Below are positions 19,779-28,968 of a DNA stretch of 64,000 nt, piece after piece. The notes under the pieces are model-generated. The model was not told the DNA's origin, did no database searches, and worked only from the letters and a program-made list of their open reading frames with translations. Where the stretch lies: NCBI GenBank assembly GCA_018650445.1, contig JABIFX010000253.1:65136-129135 (forward strand). Direction: 5' to 3'. The position numbers and the translations under genes were made by a program. Position 1 is the stretch's first letter; the number at the start of each line of letters is the position of its first letter. Source of the stretch: Fidelibacterota bacterium. Lineage in GTDB: Bacteria > Fidelibacterota > UBA8477 > JABMPR01.

Positions 19779-22136
19779 TCACTCAGGTATGAGACGCAGT
19801 TCCTGAACTTCACCCAATTCTGACTTATCGAGATGCATATCCACATATTCACCTGCCAGCCAGATATCCACTAGATCAATATAGTGCTTGTGAAGAGGCA
19901 TGCCCACCTGTCCAGAGGCATTAGCCATACGACTCTGGGTAGCATCTGACAGATCAACCAGCATTCTCATTGATGCTGTCATCTCAGCCATATAGGGTGC
20001 ATCAAAATTATGAGTCCCACGATTGACAGTCTCCCCGTCACCGCCAAAAGGAAAAGGACCATAATTGAAGAACTTCTCTATGAGACCCCCCTTGGCCTCA
20101 AAAGGATGATGAAAAGCTATATTGTGGATAACTCCCCATTCCCAGGTCTTGAAATCATCAGATTCAAACTTCTGTTCCAGGCTGGTCATGGCTGTCATAA
20201 AAGCGTCCAGGAGTAAGACATCACGTGTTTCCATAGTAGCAGTTTCAACAATATCATACCAGGGATTCTCATTGTCTTCCAGCATCTTGACCCAGCGGTT
20301 GAGTGAGATATACCAGGTATCCAAATATTTTTCCGCCAACTCCAGACCCATATCATCGACCCATATCAATCTCAGGAAGGTTTCCATGGTCTCATGATAA
20401 ATTGAACCTTCCACCCCATTTTGATCCAGCTCATGATCCCAGGTTTCCATTAGATTTTTAACATCTTGATGGGATTCTGGGATAACTGGTATGAGATATT
20501 TCAGAAAGACTGGCGCCAGATATGACTTTCTGTCAAATTGAAAAATTGCCATATCATCCAGGCTAAGTTTCTCTTTGGACTCGATGAGATCTTTGATGCG
20601 CCGAGTCCGGTAATCAGGTGCATATACACCTGGCATGGGATAGGGATAACCTGCACTATAAGGCTCTGCATTGGCTGACACAATCATACCACCTTCGGGA
20701 TTATAAATATGGGGCATGTCTTCGAAGGGGATATAACCTTCCCAGTCAAACTCACCTGACCAACCTGGCACCGGAAAGATTCCTGATCCACTTTTCCGGA
20801 TGGGTACTTTTCCCGCACCGTAATAACCAATATTACCCTCAATATCAGCGTAAACGAAATTCTGTGGCGCTGTGGAGAAATGTGAGAGTGCCAGTGAGAA
20901 TTCGCCCCAATCCTGAGCATGATTCAATCGGTAAAAAGCTTCCATCTCACCATCAAATTGATGCCCTGTCCAGGATAGTGCCAGGAGTTCCTCATCCTCT
21001 TTAACAATAGGACCATGGATGGTCTTCCGAATTTCAAATTCTTCAATTCTAAAACCATCTTCCTCCTCGCTGTCTTTGATTCGAATGGTCTGAGGGATAA
21101 TTTCAAAATTTAGCCATTCATCCTGATACATGTATTGGGTGGTATCATCAGGATTGCCTGCTTCTATAAAAAGATCCTGAACATCGGGACCCATATTGGT
21201 GATACCCCAGGCAATGTTGCGGTTGTGTCCAATCAGGGCAGTAGGTAAACCAGGAAAAAAGCTCCCGGCCACATCCAGACCTGGCGCACTAAGATGGGCA
21301 AAATACCAGGGTCCGGGAAGTCTGGATCCATGCAGGTGGGGATCTGAAGCCAACAGTGGTTTCCCTGAGACTGACCGTTCTCCAGAAACGACCCAGTTAT
21401 TACTGCCTCCATTGGTACCTAGCAGCTCCCTGAGTTGGGTAGCCTGGGAGATCAATTCTGAATCTCCAGGGCTGGTTTTTCCAAAAGCATCTAGAAGTTT
21501 CAGATGTTCAGGAGAATAATATGGAAACAATTCAGCGGCTCTTTCCACACCGAGCTTTTCGTTGAGCTGACGATAGATTAACTCCATGTCATAGTTATAG
21601 GAGAGTTGCCAGCTTTGGAGTTTCACAATGGCCATCATATCAGCAATACTCCAGAGCATGGGTGCATGACCCAGTAGCCTGAACTCAATGGGCAAGTCCG
21701 GATCCTCTTTGATAAAGGCATTAATGCCAGATCTGAAAGCGGTTAACATAGTCTGAACTCCAGGAGGAAAGGTCTCAAATAGCTCCTCCGAATTCCTGGG
21801 TCTCAGCATGATACGGCGTAGAAATTTGTCGGATTTCAACATGCTTTCACCAAGAATTTCACTAAGACTTCCATTCCCTGCTGCACGGAGAAATTCCATC
21901 TGGAAGAGTCGGTCCTGTGACATGGCATAGCCCAGGGCAAAGAATGCATCGGCTTCGGTTTCAGCCATGATATGAGGGATACCAGAGGCATCTCTTAGAA
22001 TAGACACTTCCTGGTCCAGTCCTTTAACCATGACTTCACCAGCATGATCCGGTATACCAATTTTTAGATAATGATTCAGATAGGCAGCTCCCAATAAGAG
22101 CATGACAACAACCACTACAATTACTTTCTTTAGCAT
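19779..22136 (-). CDS. penicillin acylase-family Ntn hydrolase (peptidase S45; penicillin/AHL acylase-like)
   Basis: 785 aa with an N-terminal signal/anchor. 'TNGGSNNWVVSG' contains the Ser nucleophile context of the S45 family. Confidence 0.85.
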   Translation of the reverse strand: MLKKVIVVVVVMLLLGAAYLNHYLKIGIPDHAGEVMVKGLDQEVSILRDASGIPHIMAETEADAFFALGYAMSQDRLFQMEFLRAAGNGSLSEILGESMLKSDKFLRRIMLRPRNSEELFETFPPGVQTMLTAFRSGINAFIKEDPDLPIEFRLLGHAPMLWSIADMMAIVKLQSWQLSYNYDMELIYRQLNEKLGVERAAELFPYYSPEHLKLLDAFGKTSPGDSELISQATQLRELLGTNGGSNNWVVSGERSVSGKPLLASDPHLHGSRLPGPWYFAHLSAPGLDVAGSFFPGLPTALIGHNRNIAWGITNMGPDVQDLFIEAGNPDDTTQYMYQDEWLNFEIIPQTIRIKDSEEEDGFRIEEFEIRKTIHGPIVKEDEELLALSWTGHQFDGEMEAFYRLNHAQDWGEFSLALSHFSTAPQNFVYADIEGNIGYYGAGKVPIRKSGSGIFPVPGWSGEFDWEGYIPFEDMPHIYNPEGGMIVSANAEPYSAGYPYPMPGVYAPDYRTRRIKDLIESKEKLSLDDMAIFQFDRKSYLAPVFLKYLIPVIPESHQDVKNLMETWDHELDQNGVEGSIYHETMETFLRLIWVDDMGLELAEKYLDTWYISLNRWVKMLEDNENPWYDIVETATMETRDVLLLDAFMTAMTSLEQKFESDDFKTWEWGVIHNIAFHHPFEAKGGLIEKFFNYGPFPFGGDGETVNRGTHNFDAPYMAEMTASMRMLVDLSDATQSRMANASGQVGMPLHKHYIDLVDIWLAGEYVDMHLDKSELGEVQELRLIPE

Positions 22137-22268
22137 AAAGCCCCCTTCAGCTTGAATTATCGACGGATATCAGTGACATCATAGTTTAGCATTGGCAAAA
22201 GATAACTCAACAATCAGACATTAACGAACAGCTTTGAAACCTCACCTCTCAAAAACTGGTGAAAGTGA

Positions 22269-23672
22269 CTATCTAATAAGCGGCCACCAAACCAGACCCA
22301 CCAGAGCTAGAGAAATGATTGACATAATCGCCATCTTCCAACCGGCGCGCAGAAAGTCAGGCGCCTTGACCAGACCACTGGAATAAATGATGGTACAAGC
22401 CGGAGCCGCGACAGCAGTGAAATAACCAAAGGCTGAAGATATTACTGAAGCCAGACCCAGGAGGATGGGATCACCACCCAGATTAAGAACAACAGGCCCC
22501 ACTACAGCTACGGTTGCTGAACTGCTCAGTAGATTTGATAAAACCCCACTCAATGCTACGGAGACAACGGCACGCAGTGTATCAATATTGGGGATCAAAA
22601 TCTGAAGAAAATTGACACTGCCCTCTGCCAGCCAGGCGGCTCCACCAGTATTTTTCATCTGGACACCAATGGAAATGGTCGCCCCAAACAATAGAATCAC
22701 TCCCCAGTTAACCCCTCTGCTAAGATCCTTCCATGAAACCAGCCCAAAGGTTAAATAGAGGAAAATGCCCATGAGTGCGATACTCCCTAATCCATAAACC
22801 TCGCTTAATGCAATCCAACCATATAGAACTGCTGCAAACAGAACGAGAGAGAAGCTTTCCTTCCAGGACATCTTACCAGCATGAGCCACTTCTACAGAAA
22901 GTCGTCGAACTGCAGTGTCCAATACCTTCAATTCAGGTGGGAAGGTTTTTAATATGATGAAGCTGGTAATAGGAATCTCAATCAGTACCATGGGATAAAC
23001 CATTTTCATCCATTCGATATAACTCAGGCTGCCGGATCCAAATTCAGCCCAATAATTCATCATAATCACATTGCGCCCACCTCCACTGGGTGTTCCAATG
23101 GAGCCAATGGTTGCCCCATAGGCAATGGAAAAGAGTAAAGCAGCAATAAGTCCTGTGTTTGACTGCCCTCTATTAGAAGTATATCGAATCAGGGTCAGGG
23201 CGACAGGCAGCATCATTGCTGTCACCATATGGGGACCAACAAAGCTTGAAAGAATTGCGGAGATGGCGGTAAAACCAGCCACAATACGCCAGGTTTTATT
23301 GCCGGTAAGACGGATGATCCCCAGAGCGAGGCGTTTATCCAGGCCCTGACTCACGATAGCTACAGCCAACATAAGTGATCCCATGATAAAGAAAACCGCA
23401 TCATTCATAAAATAGCCGCCAACCTCATTGGGTGTGCTGCCCCCGATGATGACCTGCCAGAATATCAACTGTAGGGCAATGGCTGGAAGGGGTATGGGTT
23501 CTTTCAGAATGAGTATGAGGGTCATCAAAATGATGATGAGAATGTGATAACCGTCCTTACCAAGAGATTGTGGATGTGGAACAAAAAAATAAAGGATGGC
23601 TCCAATTACCAATGCAATCAGGAGCCAGCGTTTTTGCTGGATCCAAAATAGCATGTCGGCAGAGATATGCAT
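22269..23672 (-). CDS. anion permease of the ion-transporter superfamily (DASS/SLC13-ArsB-like), paralogue 1
   Basis: 467 aa with many TM segments. Conserved blocks are 'FMNDAVFFIMGSLMLAVAIVSQGLDKRLALGII', 'GSIGTPSGGGRNVIMMNYW' and 'LSSSATVAVVGP'. This is a family-level call by eye only. Confidence 0.6.
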   Translation of the reverse strand: MHISADMLFWIQQKRWLLIALVIGAILYFFVPHPQSLGKDGYHILIIILMTLILILKEPIPLPAIALQLIFWQVIIGGSTPNEVGGYFMNDAVFFIMGSLMLAVAIVSQGLDKRLALGIIRLTGNKTWRIVAGFTAISAILSSFVGPHMVTAMMLPVALTLIRYTSNRGQSNTGLIAALLFSIAYGATIGSIGTPSGGGRNVIMMNYWAEFGSGSLSYIEWMKMVYPMVLIEIPITSFIILKTFPPELKVLDTAVRRLSVEVAHAGKMSWKESFSLVLFAAVLYGWIALSEVYGLGSIALMGIFLYLTFGLVSWKDLSRGVNWGVILLFGATISIGVQMKNTGGAAWLAEGSVNFLQILIPNIDTLRAVVSVALSGVLSNLLSSSATVAVVGPVVLNLGGDPILLGLASVISSAFGYFTAVAAPACTIIYSSGLVKAPDFLRAGWKMAIMSIISLALVGLVWWPLIR

Positions 23673-23685
23673 TGGAGAGGTCTGG

Positions 23686-24606
23686 CTATCGGACGATCAG
23701 AATCGGGACATCAGTTTGTTCTAGGGTCTTGATTGGCTTGCTTCCAAACAGAAATTGCTTCACAGGATTCAAGGTTGAGGCACCCATGATGACGAAGTGA
23801 TTGTCTCCGGCGAACTCAACAAAGGTTCTCACGGGGTCTCCAGTGAGAAAAAATTGCTCAACTTCAATACCTCTGGAATCAAAGTATGCTTTTGCCTTAT
23901 CTGCGGCACCCTGATACCCCGCTCCAAACCGCTTGGTTTTGGAAACAGTAAGCGTTCTTACGGGCCATCCCAATTTCCCCGCAATCAAAGCCCCCCATTC
24001 AATGGACTTGCTTGTAGCCGTTGAATCATCCACCAGGAGTAAGAGTTTATATTTCTTGCGAGGATTAAATTTTTGAAGTACAAAAATGGAGGAGGGTAGA
24101 TACTGGAGAATGGAGTGTGCTAAATGGCGTTTGTTCTGACTCCCACCAATAATGGCAAGATCGTAACCCTCCAGTTGTATTTCCTTCCTCAACTGATCAA
24201 CCAACTCACCCTCCCGAAGGACAAGCTCGATACGGCAGCCTTTATCATCAGGTAAAATGACCCGGACACGACCATCTTCTTCATAGACATGATCCGAATT
24301 GAATTGAATTTTTGCCAACTCTTCATTATCGGAGGATAGTTTTTTTAGCTCCTGCAAAGCCCACTCCAGCACTTCCAGACCAGGATGTATGATATTCCAA
24401 TTATCCAGATTCTGACGGGTCAGATTGACAGAACTACCATGAAATTCACTGGCTCTTTCACCGACATAAACCACACCATGACTGGCATCGAAAACAGAGG
24501 CAATGAGTGCGCCCATCTTCAAAGTGGGCTTAGAATATTCAACACTACTTACCGCAGTGAGAAACTTGAGAGATTTTGGGTCGAATGGAGCTTTCTTCTT
24601 TGTCAT
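23686..24606 (-). CDS. tandem universal stress protein (USP) domain protein
   Basis: The track ORF starts at 24621. I prefer ATG 24606, which overlaps the upstream stop as ATGA. It has two USP-like halves, and the C-terminus 'HFVIMGASTLNPVKQFLFGSKPIKTLEQTDVPILIVR' resembles the USP nucleotide-binding end. Confidence 0.65.
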   Translation of the reverse strand: MTKKKAPFDPKSLKFLTAVSSVEYSKPTLKMGALIASVFDASHGVVYVGERASEFHGSSVNLTRQNLDNWNIIHPGLEVLEWALQELKKLSSDNEELAKIQFNSDHVYEEDGRVRVILPDDKGCRIELVLREGELVDQLRKEIQLEGYDLAIIGGSQNKRHLAHSILQYLPSSIFVLQKFNPRKKYKLLLLVDDSTATSKSIEWGALIAGKLGWPVRTLTVSKTKRFGAGYQGAADKAKAYFDSRGIEVEQFFLTGDPVRTFVEFAGDNHFVIMGASTLNPVKQFLFGSKPIKTLEQTDVPILIVR

Positions 24607-26003
24607 AATAGTGGCCACCATAATAAGGATAATCCAAGCAGGCTAACAAGGGATAAAACACCCATTTTCCAACCGGCTCTGAGAAAGTCTTTTGATTTTA
24701 CCAGCCCGCTGGAATAGATAATGGTACAAGCAGGAGCTGCTACCGCTGTGAAATAACCAAATGCAGAGGCTATTGCAGTGGCGAATCCGATGAGAATTTG
24801 ATCCCCCCCCAGGTCCAGTACAATAGGACCCACAACAGCTACAGTCGCAGAGCTACTTAAAATATTTGACATGACACCGGAGAGAAGCACGGAAACACTT
24901 CCCTGGAGAATTGCAGGACTATCGATAACCTTACCTAGATTGGTTATGATTACATGGGCTATCCATTCAGCAGCACCGGTTTGGTTCATCTGAATACCGA
25001 TTGAAATGGCAGCACCAAAAAGGAGAATGACCCCCCAGTTGGTTTTACGGTTGAGTTCTTGCCATTCAACCAATCCAAATGACAGATACAGGAAAACACC
25101 GAGGAGAGCGATAATCCCCAACCCAAAATCCTCACTGAGAAAGACCCAGCCGAGAAACACCAGGATAAAAAGAATAATTGCCAGCCATTCGCGACCCTTG
25201 ATCCTGCCTGCTCGTGCCACATCGACAACCAGTTTACGTACAGCGCTATCCAGATTGCTCTGTTCCGGTTTAAAGGTCCAGAGTAGAATGAAAACTGTAA
25301 AGGGTATTTGAAACAAGACCATGGGGTAGACATATTTGATCCATTCCAGGTAAGTCACAGATCCAGATCCAAATTCAGCCCAGTAATTCATCATGATAAC
25401 ATTGCGACCACCTCCAGAGGGAGTACCAATGGATCCAATAGTTGCGCCATAAGCAATTGAAAAGAGTAGGGCAGCAGTCAGCCCTGCCACTTTTCTGGGA
25501 TCCTTATGGGCATATCTGACAAGTGTTAGCCCCACCGGCATCATCATAGCGGCGACCGTATGCTCGCCAATAAACGAGGCCAGGATAGCTGAGATCGCAG
25601 TGAATCCTGCAACAATCCGCCAGGTTTTATGCCCTGTTAACGTGATAATCCCCAGGGCCAATCGTTTATCCAGCCCCTGACTCACAATGGCTACTGCCAA
25701 CATGAGCGATCCCATGATAAAGAATACGGCATCATTCATAAACGATGAGGCCACATTATTGGCTGTATCTATCCCCAGGACCACCTGCATAAACAGCATA
25801 AACATAGCTATTGCAGGAAGCGGCAAGGGTTCAGTAACAATGAGGATCAACGCCATTGAGATGATTATAAGAGCATCAAAAGCGGCTGGATTTAGATCAG
25901 GCGGGGGCGTCACGCTATGATGCATGAGCAAGCCGTACACCAGAGCAATCAGCAGCCATTTTTTCTGGCGTATCCAAAACAGGATATCAATATATGAATT
26001 CAC
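24603..26003 (-). CDS. anion permease of the ion-transporter superfamily (DASS/SLC13-ArsB-like), paralogue 2
   Basis: 466 aa, colinear with 22269..23672, with long identical blocks (e.g. 'FMNDAVFFIMGSLMLAVAIVSQGLDKRLALGII', 'LLFSIAYGATIGSIGTPSGGGRNVIMMNYWAEFGSGS', 'AFGYFTAVAAPACTIIYSSGLVK'). Confidence 0.6.
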   Translation of the reverse strand: MNSYIDILFWIRQKKWLLIALVYGLLMHHSVTPPPDLNPAAFDALIIISMALILIVTEPLPLPAIAMFMLFMQVVLGIDTANNVASSFMNDAVFFIMGSLMLAVAIVSQGLDKRLALGIITLTGHKTWRIVAGFTAISAILASFIGEHTVAAMMMPVGLTLVRYAHKDPRKVAGLTAALLFSIAYGATIGSIGTPSGGGRNVIMMNYWAEFGSGSVTYLEWIKYVYPMVLFQIPFTVFILLWTFKPEQSNLDSAVRKLVVDVARAGRIKGREWLAIILFILVFLGWVFLSEDFGLGIIALLGVFLYLSFGLVEWQELNRKTNWGVILLFGAAISIGIQMNQTGAAEWIAHVIITNLGKVIDSPAILQGSVSVLLSGVMSNILSSSATVAVVGPIVLDLGGDQILIGFATAIASAFGYFTAVAAPACTIIYSSGLVKSKDFLRAGWKMGVLSLVSLLGLSLLWWPLL

Positions 26004-26099
26004 TAAAATCCCCTGATGTCTCGGATTATTCCGAGATTATGCAATATGGCATAATACAAACTGGATTGAAACAACTCATCGATGTTTCGCCAGCTATGC

Positions 26100-28958
26100 T
26101 CAACCCTTTTTCTTTTCGAGATAAAAGAGCTCTTTGCTGGGGGCCAGTGGACGCGCCATCCACAATGGTCTTCTTAAACCATCCGGATGTGTTTCACGTT
26201 CTTTCGCCCATCCGTTCCATTTTTTGAAGTGAGCAAATGACTTCTCAGTATCTACAAAGACATCCCCATATTTCTCACCCTCTTTTGGTTTGGAAATAGC
26301 CACCTTCTGGAGCCAACAATGGGCACCGGATACTGGGTCAGGTTGTACAGCATGAGTGATGTTCTGATGAACACCTCCATCCCGCCACCATACCCTCTGA
26401 GTATCAGGATCGCTGGTTTTCCACGGTTCCACACCTCTAGTGGTTTCCATGCGCCACTTGCCTTCACCTTCATTGCTGATGTTTACCGTATTGGTCATAA
26501 ACTTATTGCCTTGATCCTGTTTACGGCGCCAGCGTCCAATGTGGTGTGAACACGCCACAACACTGGGCTTGATAGCCTCAGTGACCCAGACCTTATCCAC
26601 AAACCAGCCAATCTCTGTTTCGATTTTCAGAAGCTCGCCTGTTTTCACACCCAGCTTGTCAGCATCCAGCGTGTTGATCCAGATGGGATTCCTGTGGGCG
26701 ATTTCTGTCAACCATTTTGCATTGGCGGAACGAGAATGGATATGGGTTGGTAATCTGAAATTTGGTAAAAGCACACATTCGTGACGGCTTTCATCCATAT
26801 GATCCCGATGGACATGGGATTTGATATAACCAGGAATAGCTTGATCAGGATAACCAAAATCAGCTGTAGTTTGAGAATAGAATTCCTGCTTCTTTGAAGG
26901 TGTGGGGAACCCACTGTATTTGACGCCCTTCTCTTCTACTCCAACGATCTCGCCATCCTTGAAAACACTACCATTATCATTGACGGTCGTATTCGCACTG
27001 GCTGCGGCTGACATTTCAGTCTTATTTTTCTCATATAAACTGGGCACCACGTTAAAGGCACCATACTTGCGCATATAATCGAGTGCTGTGAGACCTTCCT
27101 TGGCGGCAGTTTCCTTAAGACCATCAGTGTGCTCAAAGATGTATTGGTAGTATTCATCGATAGTTATTTTTTCACCATCACGATAGGGACTTATGAAGTG
27201 TTTGCGAATCCCCAGGTCATCATCCTTATCAATCCGCCAGGATAATTCAATCCAGAATTCATCTTCTTCCCAAACTTCACCGGGATTCACTTCATAGGTA
27301 AATTTGACTTCCTTGCCATCACGGCGTGCTTTTTCTCTAAGCACGGGTTGACGGAAGGCGATCCACATTCCTGAATGGGTTTCATATGAATTGATATCAT
27401 GACGCTCAGGTCCATGACCCATGGGAAGGACATAATCGGCAAAGAAGGCCGTTTCATTCCAGGTGGGTGTAAGCGCAATGTGGCAGCCTACAGAGTCATG
27501 GTTGCTCAGCATCTCAATCCATGAAAAACCATCGGGATAGGTCCATACCGGATTAAAAACCCGGGTGAAGTAGACATCCATTGATCCACGACCATCTTTG
27601 ATCAGATGGGGTAAAATCTGACTCATTTCAAAATGATTCAGGGTGTATTCCTTTGGAAAATGGAGTTCGTTCCAAACCGGAGGTCCTGGGGGTACATCAA
27701 AGAATTCGGGGTGAAATTTATTCCACGCACTGGGTGAGGTTCCACCTGGGGTCCCCACCGAACCGGTCAAGACATTCAAGAAATGCAGTGTTCGAGCGAC
27801 TTGCCAGCCACCGAGATTACCAATTGAAGCACCTCGCCAAACATGGGTTGAAAGCTGGGACCCGGCATCAGCTATAACATGAGCTACTTCGATAATCTGC
27901 TCTGCTTCAATACCTGCTTCCTGTGCGGCATATTCCGGTGTGAATTCAGCATAAGCTTCAATAGTTTTTTCGATAAAGTTTTCAAAGGTCACTTCAGAAT
28001 CGGGATGTTCAGCTTTGAGATATTCATCCCAATTGACCCAGGTTTCAATATACTCTCTGTCGTAAAGACCTTCTTCAAGAATGATCTTTGCTATTGCTAG
28101 AAATACTGCGGCTTCAGAACCGGGATAGGTTGGCATCCAATAGTCAGCGTGGGAGGCGGTATTTGAGAGACGGGGGTCCATAACAATAAGTTTGGCACCC
28201 TTCATCTTGCCTTCCATAATGCGCTGAGCATGGGGATTAAAATAATGACCGGTTTCCAGATGAGAGCTGGCCAGGAGAATCACCTTGGCATTGGTATGAT
28301 CTGGTGAAGGTCGATCATATTTATGCCACATGGCATATCCGGCGCGGGCTCCAGCTGAACAAATATTGGTATGGGAGTTGTGGCCATCCACACCCCAGGC
28401 TTTTAGCACACGTTCCATGTAGCCCTCATGACCAGGACGACCGACGTGATAGACCACTTTGTCACGGCGATTAGCTCTCAATGATTTTTGGATTTTTGCC
28501 CCAATTTCATCCAGAGCCTGATCCCAGGTAATCTGTTCCCAGTCTCCAGCACCACGCTCTCCCACTCGCTTGAGGGGATATAGAATCCGCTCGGTGTCTT
28601 TGACCTGATTAATGGTGGCTGGACCTTTGGCGCAATTTCTTCCACGTGAGCCTGGATGATGAGGATTTCCTTCAAATTTGCGGATTTTATCATCGTCTTT
28701 GTCAATATACGCCAGTAAGCCACAAGCGGATTCACAGTTAAAGCAGGTTGTGGGTACGATGCTATAGCGACGTTCCTTTTTCACCGGCCAGGCTTGGGGG
28801 TCCAGCTCCACAAAATTATCCCACTCTTCTGGCTTAGGATATTTATAGAGGGGACGCGGTCCCTCCAGGGCATACGCTTCAGAAGCATCTTCATGATGCG
28901 AAATTTTCGGGATGACACCAATACCTTCAGCAAGCTTTTCTATAAATGATCGTTTCAT
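26100..28958 (-). CDS. Mo/W-bis-PGD (DMSO reductase family) catalytic subunit without canonical Tat signal; SoeA-like candidate sulfite dehydrogenase
   Basis: 952 aa. The N-terminal FeS motif 'CFNCESACGLL...GRNCAKG' is preceded by a ~70-aa extension. The N-terminus 'MKRSFIEKLAEGIGVIP' has KR rather than RR and no hydrophobic h-region. The family call is firm. The SoeA assignment rests on context and remembered similarity. Confidence 0.75.
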   Translation of the reverse strand: MKRSFIEKLAEGIGVIPKISHHEDASEAYALEGPRPLYKYPKPEEWDNFVELDPQAWPVKKERRYSIVPTTCFNCESACGLLAYIDKDDDKIRKFEGNPHHPGSRGRNCAKGPATINQVKDTERILYPLKRVGERGAGDWEQITWDQALDEIGAKIQKSLRANRRDKVVYHVGRPGHEGYMERVLKAWGVDGHNSHTNICSAGARAGYAMWHKYDRPSPDHTNAKVILLASSHLETGHYFNPHAQRIMEGKMKGAKLIVMDPRLSNTASHADYWMPTYPGSEAAVFLAIAKIILEEGLYDREYIETWVNWDEYLKAEHPDSEVTFENFIEKTIEAYAEFTPEYAAQEAGIEAEQIIEVAHVIADAGSQLSTHVWRGASIGNLGGWQVARTLHFLNVLTGSVGTPGGTSPSAWNKFHPEFFDVPPGPPVWNELHFPKEYTLNHFEMSQILPHLIKDGRGSMDVYFTRVFNPVWTYPDGFSWIEMLSNHDSVGCHIALTPTWNETAFFADYVLPMGHGPERHDINSYETHSGMWIAFRQPVLREKARRDGKEVKFTYEVNPGEVWEEDEFWIELSWRIDKDDDLGIRKHFISPYRDGEKITIDEYYQYIFEHTDGLKETAAKEGLTALDYMRKYGAFNVVPSLYEKNKTEMSAAASANTTVNDNGSVFKDGEIVGVEEKGVKYSGFPTPSKKQEFYSQTTADFGYPDQAIPGYIKSHVHRDHMDESRHECVLLPNFRLPTHIHSRSANAKWLTEIAHRNPIWINTLDADKLGVKTGELLKIETEIGWFVDKVWVTEAIKPSVVACSHHIGRWRRKQDQGNKFMTNTVNISNEGEGKWRMETTRGVEPWKTSDPDTQRVWWRDGGVHQNITHAVQPDPVSGAHCWLQKVAISKPKEGEKYGDVFVDTEKSFAHFKKWNGWAKERETHPDGLRRPLWMARPLAPSKELFYLEKKKG

Positions 28959-28968
28959 ATTTCTATCC

